A program made the translations under genes and the position numbers. Shown piece after piece: positions 50,379 to 64,000 of a stretch of 64,000 nucleotides of DNA. Below the pieces are notes generated by a model. The model did no database searches and was not told the DNA's origin. It was given only the letters and a program-made list of their open reading frames with translations. The first letter of the stretch is position 1; every line of letters begins with the position of its first letter. The DNA comes from Mobula hypostoma (lineage: Eukaryota), in assembly GCF_963921235.1 (NCBI RefSeq), contig NC_086097.1, forward strand, positions 164,550,001 through 164,614,000. The letters run 5' to 3'.

Positions 50379-52089
50379 GTACCTCTTCCTATAGATGCTG
50401 CCTGGCCTGCTGCGTTCACCAGCATTTTTTGTGTGTGTTCCACTGTTCCTAATGTTCCATTTTCTCCCACGACGATTCAGTCCACAGCACCGGCATAGAA
50501 TCAGCCTGTCCACTGGGCCGCAAAGCCTCGGAACCTTGAAGGCACACTTGTCTTTTAGGCCTTGTCCTTGTGATATCGAAAAGGGGGCAGTTGTGAGCCC
50601 CCCTGGGAGTGGGTCCCACCACCGCAAAGAACTGAAGTCTGAGTGTAATTCCAGGTCAGGGTCTCCAACAGAATCCAATCCACCCTGAAGGGGAAAAGGA
50701 GAGACATCAAAGGTAGAAATTAAGCTGTTTCCGTGGATGAACTCGAAGGAGTCGCTGTTAAGCACCATCTTAGCTCTGCTCCAATATAAAATCCTGGAAA
50801 CACACAGGAGCTCAGCATCATATTTGGAGAAAACACCATCCATATTTTGTGGATGTGAATTCTCTGTTAGAACTAATCTGTCCACCCGCTGATCAGACCT
50901 CAGCCTCCTTATCTGGTTTTTGACTTTAATAGAGAAATAAACACAATGCATTCTTTAGGATTGCTCTCACCACAAGGTAAATAAAAAGCAGCTTTCACAC
51001 TGACTCTGCCAAATAGCCAGTGTTAATTCACCGTAACACTAGAGATTCTGCTGATGCTGGAAATACAGAGCAACACACATAAAATGCCACAGGAACTCAG
51101 CAGGTCAGGTAGCGTCTACAGAGGGGAATACGCAGTCAATATTTCTGCCCAAGACCCTTCTTCAGAAATGCTGAGATTTTCCAGCATTTTGTCTGCATAA
51201 ATTAACAGTGTCTTTCTGAATGAAAATAGGAGCATACAGTATCGGGTAATATCTTTGGAAAGAAGCAGTGCTGATGCTTCTGGTTGAAGAACAGCCTCCG
51301 TATGATATTGGATCTTGGACATGAAATGTTAACTCTGTTTCTCTCTCTACAAATTCTGCCTGGCTTGCTGCGTGTTTCTAGCACTTTCTGTTTTTATTTC
51401 AGAGTTCCAATCTCTTGCCTTTTTGTATGGCATGTTTTTTCTCCTATTCCTGTTCTTCTGCTCTCTGTGACAACGTCTTGTTCGACTGATATTTAGGTCT
51501 TGTTTTCACACCTGCCCCGCTCCCATCCACATTCCTGCTTACATCCTTGTCCCTGCTGCTGGCTTTCAATCAGTGCCACTTTGCACTGCCCTACAATTGA
51601 AAGAGGCCTTTCACATGTTTTTTAAATCCTACTTTTAATCTTGGTCCTCAGTGGCATGTTTATGTTGAAGATGCAGGATTGGGGGAAATGGTTTGCATTT
51701 CCAAAACGTAAGTGAGAAAGTTGGTCAGACAAAATGCATTTATACCTCATTCAATGGTTTGTTTGACATGCCATTTAATGTTCTCCTTGGATACATATAG
51801 TTAATTGAAAAGCAAAAATACTGCAGGTGCTGGAAATTTGATATATAAGCGATGCTGGAAATGCTCAGTATCTATGAAAGGGAAACAAAGTTTGCATTTC
51901 GGATTAACCTTTCATCTGACCATAGGTGTGTATTGATGCTTCTTACTCACACACCTGTGCTAATACAAATGTCTTTATATCAATATTGTAATCATACTTC
52001 CATAAAAACAATTAGCATGTCTTTTTTAATATGAATTCACAAACTAGTTTCAGACTGTTTGGCTTGATACTGATATGCTTCCCACCTTT

Positions 52090-53085
52090 TGTCCTTGCCT
52101 ACTGTCCAATGAGCCTCTGCATGCAACACATCATTCTCCACAGCTTCCAGCATCTTCACACCAAGCACATCTTAACCTCTCCCCACCCCCCCCACTCTCT
52201 GCTTTCCACAGGGATCACTCCCTCTGTGATTCCCTTGTCCATTCATCCCTCCCCACTAATCTCTCTCCTGTCACTTATCCCTGCAAGCAGCAGAAGTACT
52301 AATAAGCCCAGTCACTTCCTCCCTTACCTCCATCAGGGCCCCAAACAGTCCTTCACGGTGAGGCAACACTTAACCTGCAAATCTTTTGTGGTCATATACA
52401 GTATCCAGTGCTCCTGATGTGGCTGCCTCTAAGATTGGTGAGACCTAATGTAAATTGCGAGACCACTTTGCTGAATACCTAAACTGAATCCTCAAAAAGC
52501 AGAATTCACAGTTGCCAACTATTTCCATTCCTATCCCATTCCCATTCTGACATGTTGCTCCCTGTCGTCCGCTTCTGCTATCATGAGGCTACTCTCAGGT
52601 TGGAGGGGCAACACATCATATTCTATCTGGGTAGCATCAAACCTGAAAGCCTGAACATCGATTTCTCCAACTTCCAGTATTTTTTCATCTCCCCCTTCCC
52701 TCTTCTTCATTTCTCCACATAGCCTCTTACCTCTTCTCCTCACTGCCTATCACCTCCCCCGCTGACCGTCCTCCTTCCTTTCTCCCATGAACTACACTTC
52801 TTTCCTAGCAGATTCCTCCTTCTCTCCTTCTCTAGCCCTTTGCCTTTTTGCCTCCCAACTTCTAACTTAATCCCCCTCCCCCACCCACCAGACCATTTTT
52901 CACCTTGTAGCTTCTCTTCCTTCCCCTCCCCTCACCTTTTTATTCTGGCATCTTTCCCTCTTCCTTTCCAGTCCTGATGAAGGGTCTTGGCTTGAAATCT
53001 TGACTGCTGCCTGACCTGCTGAGTTCCTCCAGCATTTTGGGTGTGTTGCTCTGGATTTCCTGTATCTGCAGGATCTCCTGTGTTT
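52090..53085 (+). mobile_element. Decayed Penelope-like element 3' fragment
   Basis: QGPKQSFTVRQHLTCKSFVVIYSIQCS (GIY-YIG region), a pyrimidine tract, and a degenerate hammerhead GTCCTGATGAAGGGTCTTGGCTTGAAATCTTGAC at ~52971-53004. Confidence 0.85.
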
Positions 53086-53960
53086 TTCTTTACTAATAAC
53101 TACAACTCTAAGTATGATTCTATGCTTAAACTAAGGTTCACTTTCCCTGCATGAAATTAGCTTTGGGCTCGAGGGCTTTCACTTAAGTTTGAAAGCATTT
53201 AGATTTAATTTGTGCAGAATACAACAGATTAAAGAATTATTAATACCCAGTACTAAGATATAGGAGGTTGTCCATTCCTGCAGTAACATCGAAAATCCAA
53301 TAATCCGCAAAGACATTGATGATAATAGGGACACAAATTGCATAAAGTTTGCAATTTTTAAAATTTTCAGACCAGTTTGGGGTCCAAAGGCCATTAACCC
53401 TATGGTCATGTCATAATTTGTCAACACTTTATTATGTATTGAAGTTAATAAACCTGTTGGTTAATTAAATTGCTTTATTTGTATTTATATAGGACTTGCA
53501 ATGAATATTGGGTCACTATAAAGCATTTCCTGGTAAATGATATACATTTGAAGCATAGTTACATTTGTAATGTAGGAAATGTTATGGACAATTTATACTT
53601 GGTGATAATCTGTTTTATTTGATATTGACTGAGGAAGAGGAATGATAATGGCCAGGACTCCATGAAAATTCTCATTCTCCACTTTGAACTAACATCTTCT
53701 ATGTCCACTTGGGAAATAAAACGGGCTTCACTTTAACCTCTTTATCCAAAAATGTAGTGCTCACTCATTACTACATTAAATTCCACACGTGTTGTGTTCA
53801 AACCTCTAACAAGGGAGTCTGGACTGACAGAATCTGGAGATAATTGGCCTCATTTGCCTTCCCCTGATATTGAAAACTACCAAGTAAGTTTTGATGGCGG
53901 GATTTTGATAGGCTAAGTGTTTCCTTGATAAATTTTCTTAAAAGACAGATTCATTGGGTA

Positions 53961-53963
53961 TGT

Positions 53964-54003
<40 letters not shown>
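53961..54003. repeat. (TG)n microsatellite
   Basis: Directly visible, with one interruption. Confidence 0.95.
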
Positions 54004-54005
<2 letters not shown>

Positions 54006-54286
54006 ACAAGATTTTCATGACCAATTTTAAATTAAGTGAATTCTTCCTTTCACCAGATAAATGCAGTATGAGGTTGCTTGAATCAATTTTCTATTTTTTG
54101 ATAGTAAGAATATTTTGTTGGCTAAGGGGGTGGTTACAGGAACGTTACACTCAGATAACTCAACCAAGTCATAGCCTCACAGTGATAATTCTACATTTCA
54201 GAACCCAGTCAGGAATTTCTATCACAGGCACCCAATCCTGCCTTGTGCAGTGCATTTACCTTCTGAGCCTTGTAGAATTTATTTAA

Positions 54287-54517
<231 letters not shown>

Positions 54518-55249
54518 TGAGGGCCTTGTGCTTCTTAGGTTCCAATCATTCAGCATGATGCCGAAGTCAGAAAGTTACTTCAAAGTTCAAAGTAAATTTG
54601 TTATCATAGTCCATGTATGTCACTGTAAATACAACCTGAGATTCATTTTCTTGTGGGCATACTCAGTAATCCAAGAAACATGATAAAATCAATGAAAGAT
54701 TGCACCCAATTTTATAACCAATTTCCCTCGGGATCAATAAAGTATGGCTATGACAACAGAATGGACAAATAACCAATGTGCAAAAGAAACCAGACTGCAA
54801 ATGCAAAAGAAAAAAAAGATAAATAAATAAGCAGTAAATATCGAGAACGTGAGATGAAGAGCCCTTGGAAGTGAGTCCCATAGGTTGTGGGAACAGTTGG
54901 GTCGAGTGAAGTTTCAAGGTTCAAATTCCTGGGCTTTGGGAAGGACTTGGGTGAGTAGTAGTTAGTATAACTAAGTGAAAAGCAAAATGCATCCTTGGTC
55001 TCTACAGACTGAGCGAGCAGCTAGCTGTGTCCTACCCAAAGTCATGTAGCTGATATTTATGTTTGTTGGTAGTTGTCCATGTGCCTTGGGAGATATGTAT
55101 TTTGGCTTCTTCGTGTAATTGGAGACGGTGGTGTCAGAGCAGGATTTTTTTAAAGTTTATTTGAAATCAACTGGGAAGGGTACAAGTGAACATCGGGGTG
55201 GTTATCACCTGTTTACAACACTTCTCTGTATTTCATGGGACCAGAATAT

Positions 55250-57272
55250 ATGTAGGCAGAATTAGGCCATTTGGCCCATCGAATCTGCCCCACCATTCAA
55301 TCATGGCTGATTTATTTTTTCATCCCCTTTCTCCCTTTAACCTTAATCCCTTTACCAGTAAAGAACCTATGAATATCTGCCTTTAATATACCCAATGACA
55401 TGGTTTCTACGGCACCCTGTGGCAATGAATTCCACAGATCCACCACCTTCCAGCTGAAGAAACTCCTCCTTATCTCAGTTTGAATGTGACACCCCTTTAT
55501 TCTGAGGCTGTGCCTTCAGATCCTATATTCTCCTACTGATGGAAGCATGCACATGATGTCCACTGCAGACCTTTGAGCATCGAATAAGTTTCAATAAAAT
55601 CGCCCATCATCCTTCCGGGTGTATCGGCCTAGAGACTCCAAATGCTCTTGTTACGTACCCCGTAACTGGGTTGCCAAACCAGCAGAAATGGATCACTCAG
55701 TTGGAGTCTGGATTACTAGAACTAAGAGAGTTTTATTAAAGAAACAAGCAACACAGTACTCTAATCAAACGGATAATAAATGCAACAGTTCAGCAATGAT
55801 AAACACACATGTACACAGAATTAGGATAACAGGATCAATCAAGCTCTATCGTCGTCTAGGGGTAAATGACCAGTTTCAAAGTGACGCGAAGTTCCATTCA
55901 ATTGAATTCAGTTCAGTTTGCAGTAATCACTGCCGTGGGAGATGGACAGTGTGGGGGAAGGAGAGAGAGAGCAAAACGAATGAATATTCAAACGGCTTCC
56001 ACACAGACCTTCGATATTCTTCGCAGTCAGCTTTCGGGCGAGCCCTTTGTGATGTCTTCTGAGGTCATCGACCGTGACCCCTCCGTTTCCAGATACGATC
56101 GTTTCTCTGCGGTGAACCTGGCACCCAGGCAAGGGTGGACACACACCAGGTTCCCGCCGATCGTGCCTTTCCATCCTGTGCGTCTATGGCTTGGTCCCGC
56201 GACCAGCCTTCCAAAACTTCCCACCGACTTGTGGGAGACGCATCGCTTCCAGGGTCTCGTTACCTCGGGGTGTCGTGTGTGTCTTGCCTTAGCGAACCTG
56301 TCCCTTTTTATCCCCCTGCTGGGGTATCGCCTGTCCATCACTTCAAACAGTTCAGGGTTCAAAGGGGGAGCCGATCTTGACAGCTCTCCTTCCGTTAAAC
56401 TCTCCCGTCCCTTCATTAACATCTCCAAATGCTGCTCCATTGTTTTCCTTATCTCTCTTTCTCCTGAAGGCAGGTGGCAGACCAACTGCTGATCCCACTG
56501 GTGCCAGCACAGGCCAGCTAACATCTTAATCTATGTGTACTCTCGTCACATTCTTCATAGGTTAAGCCTTTCTTTTCCTGGCATCATTCTTGTGAACCTC
56601 CTCTGGACTCAGGGCTAGCACGTCCTTCCTTAGATATGGAGCCCAAAATTGTGCAAAGTATTCTAACTGTAGTCTGACCAATGCCTCAAAGCCTCAGCAT
56701 TTCATACTACTTAATTGTAGTCCTCTGAAAGTGCATTTGTCTTTACTACTAACTCAACTTGCAAGTTAACCTTGAGGAAATCTTGAACTACCAACTCCCT
56801 TTGTACCTCCAATTTCTGAATTCTTTTCCTACTTAGAAAAAGTGTGTACCTTCATTTATTGTACCAAAGTGCATTATCCCACACTTACACTTTATTGCCC
56901 ATTCTCCTAACCTTCCAAGTTCTTCTGCAAACTCTCTGTCTTTGTGACACTATCTGTCCCTCCACCTATCTTGATATCAACTGCAGCTTGGCCACAATGC
57001 CATCAATTCCTTCATTCAAATCATTAATGTATAAAGTTAAAAGTCGCGGACTGAACACTGATCCTTGCAGAACTTTGCTGGTCAGCAGTAGCCATCCTGA
57101 AAAGGACCTCTCCATCCCCACTCTCTGACTTACTGCCAGACCCCTAACCTTCAATCCGTGCTAGTACCTTGCTTCTAATACTGTGGGTGCTTGTCTTGCT
57201 TAGCAGCCTTGTGTCCAGCACTTTGTCAAAGGTCTTCTGAAAATCCAAATAAATAACATCCATCGACTCTCC
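55250..57272 (-). mobile_element. Decayed CR1 RT fragment interrupted by a solo LTR
   Basis: GESMDVIYLDFQKTFDKV and [24 protein letters not shown] peptides; CR1 3' UTR at ~55250-55320. Confidence 0.85.
55649..56550 (-). mobile_element. Solo LTR (902 bp)
   Basis: TGTTACG...CGTCACA termini (6/7 inverted match). 4-bp TSD-like CTCT/TTCT. AATAAA and TATA-like GATAAAAA on the minus strand. CR1 sequence resumes across the insertion. CpG-rich, suggesting a young age. Confidence 0.8.
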
Positions 57273-60200
57273 CATATTTTTTTTCCCTCTCTGCACTTTG
57301 TGGCAACCTCGCCATTTCTTTAGCATTTGTCTGTTTTTTACGAGACCGAGTTGCTAGCTCAACACTCAACCCAGCACAGATGAAAAACATGCAAGGAGCT
57401 GGCTGGATTCAACCCAGGACCTCTCACCTAGAAGTCTAGTACAGATGCCACTATACCACCGGCGGGTCCTCTTTAGATTTTCGTTCAGGCTTTTTATGTT
57501 GCTGAAGCTTTGGTAGAACTTTGACTCAGTCCGTCTCCCTTTGTCAAATGGGTAACTTTAGAACTACTGCTGTCCCGTACAGACTTTCCGTTCTCCTCAG
57601 CTCTGTACTCCTGCAAGAAGGGGATCCATTTATTTGCCATTGGGCATCTGTCAGCCACAGCCTTTACCATGCAAACAGTAGGTGTTGAAAGCTGGTATAA
57701 AAACAAATGCTAGAAATACTTACCAGATCAGACAGCAGCTGTGGAGTGTGAAGCAAAATTAACATTTCCTGCCTATACCCTTTCATTGTACTCCAAGGAA
57801 AACCTAAAATGTTAATCACCATTTATTCTCACAACCCAATCACCATTCTGAACCAATGAATGAATGATGCCCAAAGATGGTAAACTAGAGGTGTCTACGG
57901 ACAAGAGCTCATGGTCTAGTGGCATTTAACAGAACTCTGATTTTAATCTGACTCTCCCGTCCTTGTTTCTTCGCATTTGCTATCAATATTTTTGTAAGAA
58001 CCTTTTGACATTTTTTTTTATTTTTAGTACTCTGTCATTTTTAGTTGGCCAAAACCCATTTGGAGTTTTTATTGTGAAATATCATACAGAAGTATTATCT
58101 TGCAACTACGACTTGTTGCTTTTCCTGACCTCTACGTCTGCTGTGTGTAGATAAGGTCTGCAGCTGGAAGCGGGAGGTGTGTGTTCTATGGCACTGACAA
58201 ATCAGCCATTTGTTCTGGCCTTGGAGCCTTGTCTCATTTAATTCAGCACTGCTGTTTAATGTCTGTACATAAACAAGCCATTTGAGCATTCTGCATATTT
58301 CAGCTGTATCATTTTACAGCACAATACTGTCAAAAATATACTGATATGGAGGAAACTTAAGGTTCATTTTGATACCACTTTATTTGATAAGTTTTAATGG
58401 GCCCTATCAGACTATTCCAGACTCCAGTGTTGCCTTTTTTCAATTCTGGCCTCTTTAAAATCCTGTATAAGGAATAAAAGCTGGAATTTTGCCATATTTA
58501 GTTTACATTTCTCTTAATGTCTCAGTGGTAAAGGAAATAAGTCTTTTCCAATTGAAATTAATGCTGTTTATTCTAACTGTTTTGTACAGCTTTACACAAG
58601 TGATTCATGTTCTGTGATGGGTGTTTGTTGTCTCATGGCACTGTTCTGTAAATTGTCACTCCATCCATCCCAGGCAAATACTTCAGAGCAAAACTTATGG
58701 ACATAAAGGCAACTAACTCTTTCAACCAGAAACCTCCACACTGTGGTGGTATGTAACAGTTGGTAGCAGAAATGGCTTTTCAGTCTCCCAAACCTACTCA
58801 GACATACTGTATAATAAAATCATGGCTAATCTGTTATAACTTCAACTCCTTTTCAAGTAAGACCGTAAGATATGGGAGAAGAATTAGGCCATTTGGCCCA
58901 TCGAGTCTGCTCTCCATTTCATCATGGCTGATCCATTTTTCCTCTCACCCCCAATCTCCTGCCTTCCTCCCTGTCTACCTTCATGCCCTGACCAATCAAG
59001 AATCTGTCAACCTCTGCATTAAATGTATACTAAGACTTGGCCTCCACAGCTGCCTGTGGCAACAAATTCCACAGATTCACCACTCTCTAGCTAAATATCT
59101 ATCTACTTCAGCCTAACAAGTAGTTTTACTTTTTCACCACTCTCCAAGGAAGAAAATTCCAGAGACTGTGTCCCTTTCACGTTTTAAATGGGTAAAAAAT
59201 TCTAACTTCCATAAGTGGAGGCAGCCTTTCCACATCTATTCTTGTTAGACCTTCTCAGGATCCCTTCTAATGTTTCATTAAAGTCCCTTAAAAACTCCTC
59301 TGAACTAGAGTAAATAAAGCTTTGCCCAATTTCAGCTGTTAATCTAATAAACATGCTCTGAATTGCTACTCTGCAAATAAAGAAAGCAATATTAGACTAA
59401 GTACTCCAGATGTGGTTTCTGCAGCGTTCTATATAATTGAAGCATAACCTCCCTATTTTTGTGTTTGATTCACCAAGGAATAAACAATGACAATTGTAGA
59501 GCAAGCCTCCACAAGTGCTAGGGCATTTCTCTTTGGAGCAAAGGAGGGTAAGGGGCAAATTGACTGAGGTGTCTAAGATGATAAGGGACATAGATAGAGT
59601 GGACAGCCAAGGCCTTTTCCCCAGGGCAGCAATGGTTAACACAAGAGGGCATAACTTTAAGGTGTTTGGAGGAAAGTATAGGGGCAGATGTCAGAGATAG
59701 TTTTTTTTTACACAGAGTAGTATGTGAAAGAAACACACTGCTGGGAATGGTGGGTAGAGGTGGGTACATTAGAGATATTTAAGAGACCCACAGATAGGCA
59801 CATGAATGAAAAGAAAATAGAGGGCTAAATGGAAGGGAAAGGTTAAATTGATTGAGGAATAGGTAATAAGGTTGGCACACATTGTGGGCCAGACTGTCTG
59901 TCCTGTACCACACTGTTTCATGCTCTGCGTTCTGAGTGTGAGCCCTGCCTTAGCAACATGTACAGGGGATCTGGTTGCACACATCCCCTGCAATGCAGGA
60001 AGTCTCAGTCTTTTTTAAGCTCGGATAGGGGAGCTAAAACTAAAGGACATCAATTTAAGGTGAGAAGGAAAGATTTAATGGAGATCTGAGAGGCAAGTTT
60101 CTCCACACAGAGTAATGGGTACCAGAGGCAGATAACCTTTCTGATTACCCAGAGTTTTTGCCAACTAGCCTTACTAGGACAATGAACCCATGTACACTAA

Positions 60201-61571
60201 CTCAATATTTTTCTATTACTTATTTAATTTGAAATTTATATATGTTTTTATCTTATTGTAATTTATATAGTGTTTTATCATGTATTGCAGTGTACTGCTT
60301 TCACAAAACAACAAATTTCATGACAAGCAGTATGCCAGTGCTAATAAACCTGATTCTGATTTGACACCCTGATCCCTCTGCATCTCAGAATTCTGCATGC
60401 TGTCACCATTCAGAGAAACTTCCTTTTACCTGCCTTTAGCATTCAATTCCTACAAATTGTGGTAACATAACAATTTTAACATTAGATTTCTCTGCAATAA
60501 TATTCGTGATTTCAAGATAGTTATCCTACATAGTTGAAATTATTTGACTTTTAATCATATACTGTAACAGTCAGGTGATACCTAAGCATGTTGGCAGTGA
60601 TGACACCTGTTGGTGAATTTGTATTATTTTGCATTATTGCTTTCAGATTTACTGGCATAGATAATTTCCAGTTTTGTTTAGGTTATTGATAGAAGAATTG
60701 ATTTGTTTGACTTCAGTTTATTTTCTTTTTACTTAGTGAGTTGAACATTCCTTTTCTAACTTTTCAAAAGGTCATGAATTTAGGTGAACAGACCATGAGA
60801 ACTAGGATAGTTGAGCCTGGACTATGGTGTGAGATACTAGATTGTATTATTAAAATAACAAGATAATCTACAAAGTTTAACTCCCTTGGGGTTCAAACAA
60901 GGTCAACCTAAAAGCAGTTAGCCTACTATATGATCATTTCCTGGAATGATCCCCAAGAGAAGAGTTTGTTACATGAATTGTTATAGTCGGATTTAATGAG
61001 CTTGAGTTGGGATCTTGTCTTTGTTGAAATGAGTATTTATAGAAAAGCTGTTGTTCTGCATCCTTGAGCGAGAGCTACCCTGTTTATTTTACAGATGCTG
61101 TTTGATCCAGTGGGTTCCTCCAGCATTTTGCTGACTCTTGTTGGAGAGTGTTATTGTCAATGTTATTAGCCATTGTCTGAGTGAATGAGCATCAAAAGGT
61201 GATTAAAAGCATGCTGAAACAAGGGCAAGATGAGTAGTGAGGTAATGGTGATTGTGGGGCTGTTTTCAGAGAGGAGAGCTAAAGGCTCAAGATACCAGAG
61301 TCAAACAACAGAAACCAAGAGAAGGTAGAATAATCTGTCCATCAGCAATGGTAAGGTTCAATGCATTCAGTGTATTGGAGGTAGTCAGTAAAGGTTCAAG
61401 TGATATGATGAAGGCCTTTCCTATGGATCAGTAAGTGGGTTGAATTTTCAGTGATTTAGAAGTTATCCAGAGTGGGAAACAGTAGGTGAACAAGGAGTTT
61501 TCAAACCTAGAAATGAGAAACATGGATAGACATTTCAATGACGGTGGAAGATTTCTTATATTGCTACTTTA

Positions 61572-62985
61572 CAAAGTTCAATGCAAATTTTATTATCAAA
61601 GTGCATATACTGTATGTCACTATATACAACCATGAGATTCATTTTCTTGTGGGCAATAAATCTATGGAATAATAACTATAACATAATCAATGAAAAACTG
61701 CCCAACCAGGGCATTCAGTGGGAGTACAGAAGACAACAAATTGTGTAAATGCAAAAAGAAGAAACAATTATAATAAGTAAGCAATTAATTATCAAGAATA
61801 TGAGGTGAAGAATTCTTGAAAACTGAATCCAAAAGTTGTGGGAACATTAAATAATGGGGTAAGTGAAGTTTAGTGTAATTATCCCCTTTGGTTCAAGAGC
61901 CTGATGGTTGAAGGGTTGTAACAGTTCATGAACCTGACGATGCAAGTCCTGAGGCTCTTGTACCCTTTTCCTGTTGGCAGCAGAGAGAAGGGAGCATGTC
62001 CTGGGTTGTGGTGGATCCCTGATGATGGATGCTGCTTTCCTGCGACTGCGTTTCATACAGATGTGCTCAATGGTTGGGGGTGCTTTATTTTCGTGATGGA
62101 TTGGGCCATATCCACTACCTTTTGTGGGATCTTCCGTTCAAGGGCATTGGTGTTTCCATACCAGGCTCAACACATTTCCATGCTCAACACTACACATCTA
62201 TAGAACTTTGTCAAAGTTTTAGATGACGTGCTAAATCTCCACAAACTCCTAACAAAGCTTTCTTCATCATTGTACTTACGTGCTGGCTCAGGACAGGTCC
62301 TCCGAAATAATAACACCTGGAATTTGAAGTTGCTAACCCTGTCCTCCTCTGATCCTCTGATGAGGACTGGCTTATGGACCACTGTTTCTTTTTCCTGGTC
62401 TATAATTAACTCCTTGGTGAGAGGTTATTGCTATGAAAACACTCAGACAGATTTTCAATCTCCCTCCTATATGCTGATTCACCACCACCTTTGATTGGGC
62501 CTACTACAGTGATGTCATCAGCAACTTGAATATGGCAGTGGATCTGTGTTTAAGTCATACAGTCATAACGTGTAAAGTGAGTAGAGCAGAGGACTAAGCA
62601 CAGAGCCTTGTGGTGCACCTGCGCTTATGGAGATTGAGGAGGAACAGTTGTTGCCAATCTGAACCGACTGAGATCTGCAAGTGAGGAAATTAAGGATCCA
62701 ATTGCATAAGGAGGTGTTGAGGCCAATGTCTTGAAGCTCATTGATTAATTTTGAGGGGATGATGGTATTGTATGCTGAACTGTCGTCAATAAAGAGCATC
62801 CTGATGTATGCACCTTTGCTGTCCATGGCATCTGCTGTGGGCCTGTTGCTTTGGTAGGCAAATTGGAACAGATCTAAGTGGCTTCTTGGGCAGGAGTGGA
62901 TATGTTTCATCACCAGCCTATCAGAACACTTCATCGCTGTGGATGACCGTGCTACTGAGTGATAGTCATTCAGGCAGCTCACCAC
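61572..62985 (-). mobile_element. Rex1/Babar-type LINE 3' fragment
   Basis: ORF 62563..62985 ([51 protein letters not shown]) and RKAASIIRDP C-terminal motif. Related 3' tails at ~45140 and ~54580. Confidence 0.85.
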
Positions 62986-64000
62986 ACACTGGGGTAATTA
63001 AAGCCTGAATATAATTAAACCTTAATTGAAGTACACTTTGGGAAATTTTACTCTTTCAGCCATTGATTGCAAGGGAACCACAAACAAGAGAAAATCTGCA
63101 AGTGCTGGAAATCCGAGCAACAGATGCAAAATGCTGGAGGAACTCAATAGGCAAGGCAGGATCTAGGAAAATAGTACAGTTGACATTTCGGGCTGAAACC
63201 CTTCAACAGGACTGGAGGAAACAGCTGAGGAGGAGAAGGGAATGCGTTTTGAGTTACCAACTGCTTTCAGTCTTAGAAAAAAAATCAACATCAGATTTTG
63301 GACAAAATATTCCAAATTGTAGCTGTGGGATTGAGGGAGCTGCTCTTGAGGTAGTGTGATTAAACATGCAGGTGGAAATCGACCACTTTGATAAAAATGC
63401 TTCTGACTTGTAGTCAAAGCCAGGAACCTATGGTTACTCAATCGATAATTAGAAGAGAAGCTACTGCTAGTGATGTCTTATGAGGAGAGTGTTCTGTGCA
63501 GACATGGAGGAGAAGCAAATCTTGATAAAGAAATCGACTGCATCATGGTCATTGAGAGAAATGTTGAGACACAGTCACAATTGGCAACAGTGATACCTTT
63601 TGCCAGAAAGGTTTCAGCACACAGAGTGAATCAGAAGATAGAATCACAAGGCCATCAGTCCACTGAGTCTGTGTCAACCATCAGGCATCAACCTATGTCA
63701 ATCCCATTTTATTCTCGTCTTGCCCTGTCAATTCAGCCCAGACTCTATGACTCATCTGCACATTACAGCGGCCATTTTGCATGTCTTTGGGATGTAAAGG
63801 AAACCAGAATCCTTGTGGTCATGGGGAAAACATGCAAACTCCACACAGAGCAGCATCAGAGGTTAATGTTGCTGGACCTGTGAGATTCTGAAGGGGGGCT
63901 GCGTAAGGATCTTGATGCAACAAAGTTACAGACTTTATAAGGACTGCAAGGCTAGAGGTAAGGAAATTGAAGAAGATTAAAAAACTGAAGGCAGAGCTGT

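Noticed and set aside
55619..56524. ORFs of 147-208 aa
   Set aside because: They lie essentially within a solo LTR and have no gag, pol or env motifs.

Overview
This is vertebrate genomic DNA. The repeat landscape (CR1 LINEs with octamer tails, Penelope-like elements, Rex1/Babar LINEs, V-SINE-like SINEs) points to a cartilaginous fish, probably a ray; that is an inference. The only host gene I can support is the 5' part of MTCL1 (SOGA2) on the + strand: a CpG-island promoter and three phase-0 coding exons (32672-33562, 48954-49178, 54353-54511; 425 codons). The gene continues past the window. Most of the remaining recognisable sequence is transposon-derived. Four observations stand out. (1) A 7,000-bp array of exactly 125 x 56-bp units (13805-20804) arose inside ORF1 of a decayed CR1; its variable sites mostly create intrastrand complementarity and form higher-order blocks. 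(2) Penelope-derived minimal hammerhead ribozyme motifs are scattered through the window. One is intact (50343-50378), and a TSD-flanked mini-insertion at 7262-7336 has homology that begins exactly at the predicted cleavage site. (3) A three-layer nest at 1-3096 (Gypsy > solo LTR > young CR1) creates an intact 603-codon chimeric RT ORF. (4) A near full-length CR1 has a tandem-monomer 5' UTR. All family and gene assignments come from recalled motifs; no database search was run.
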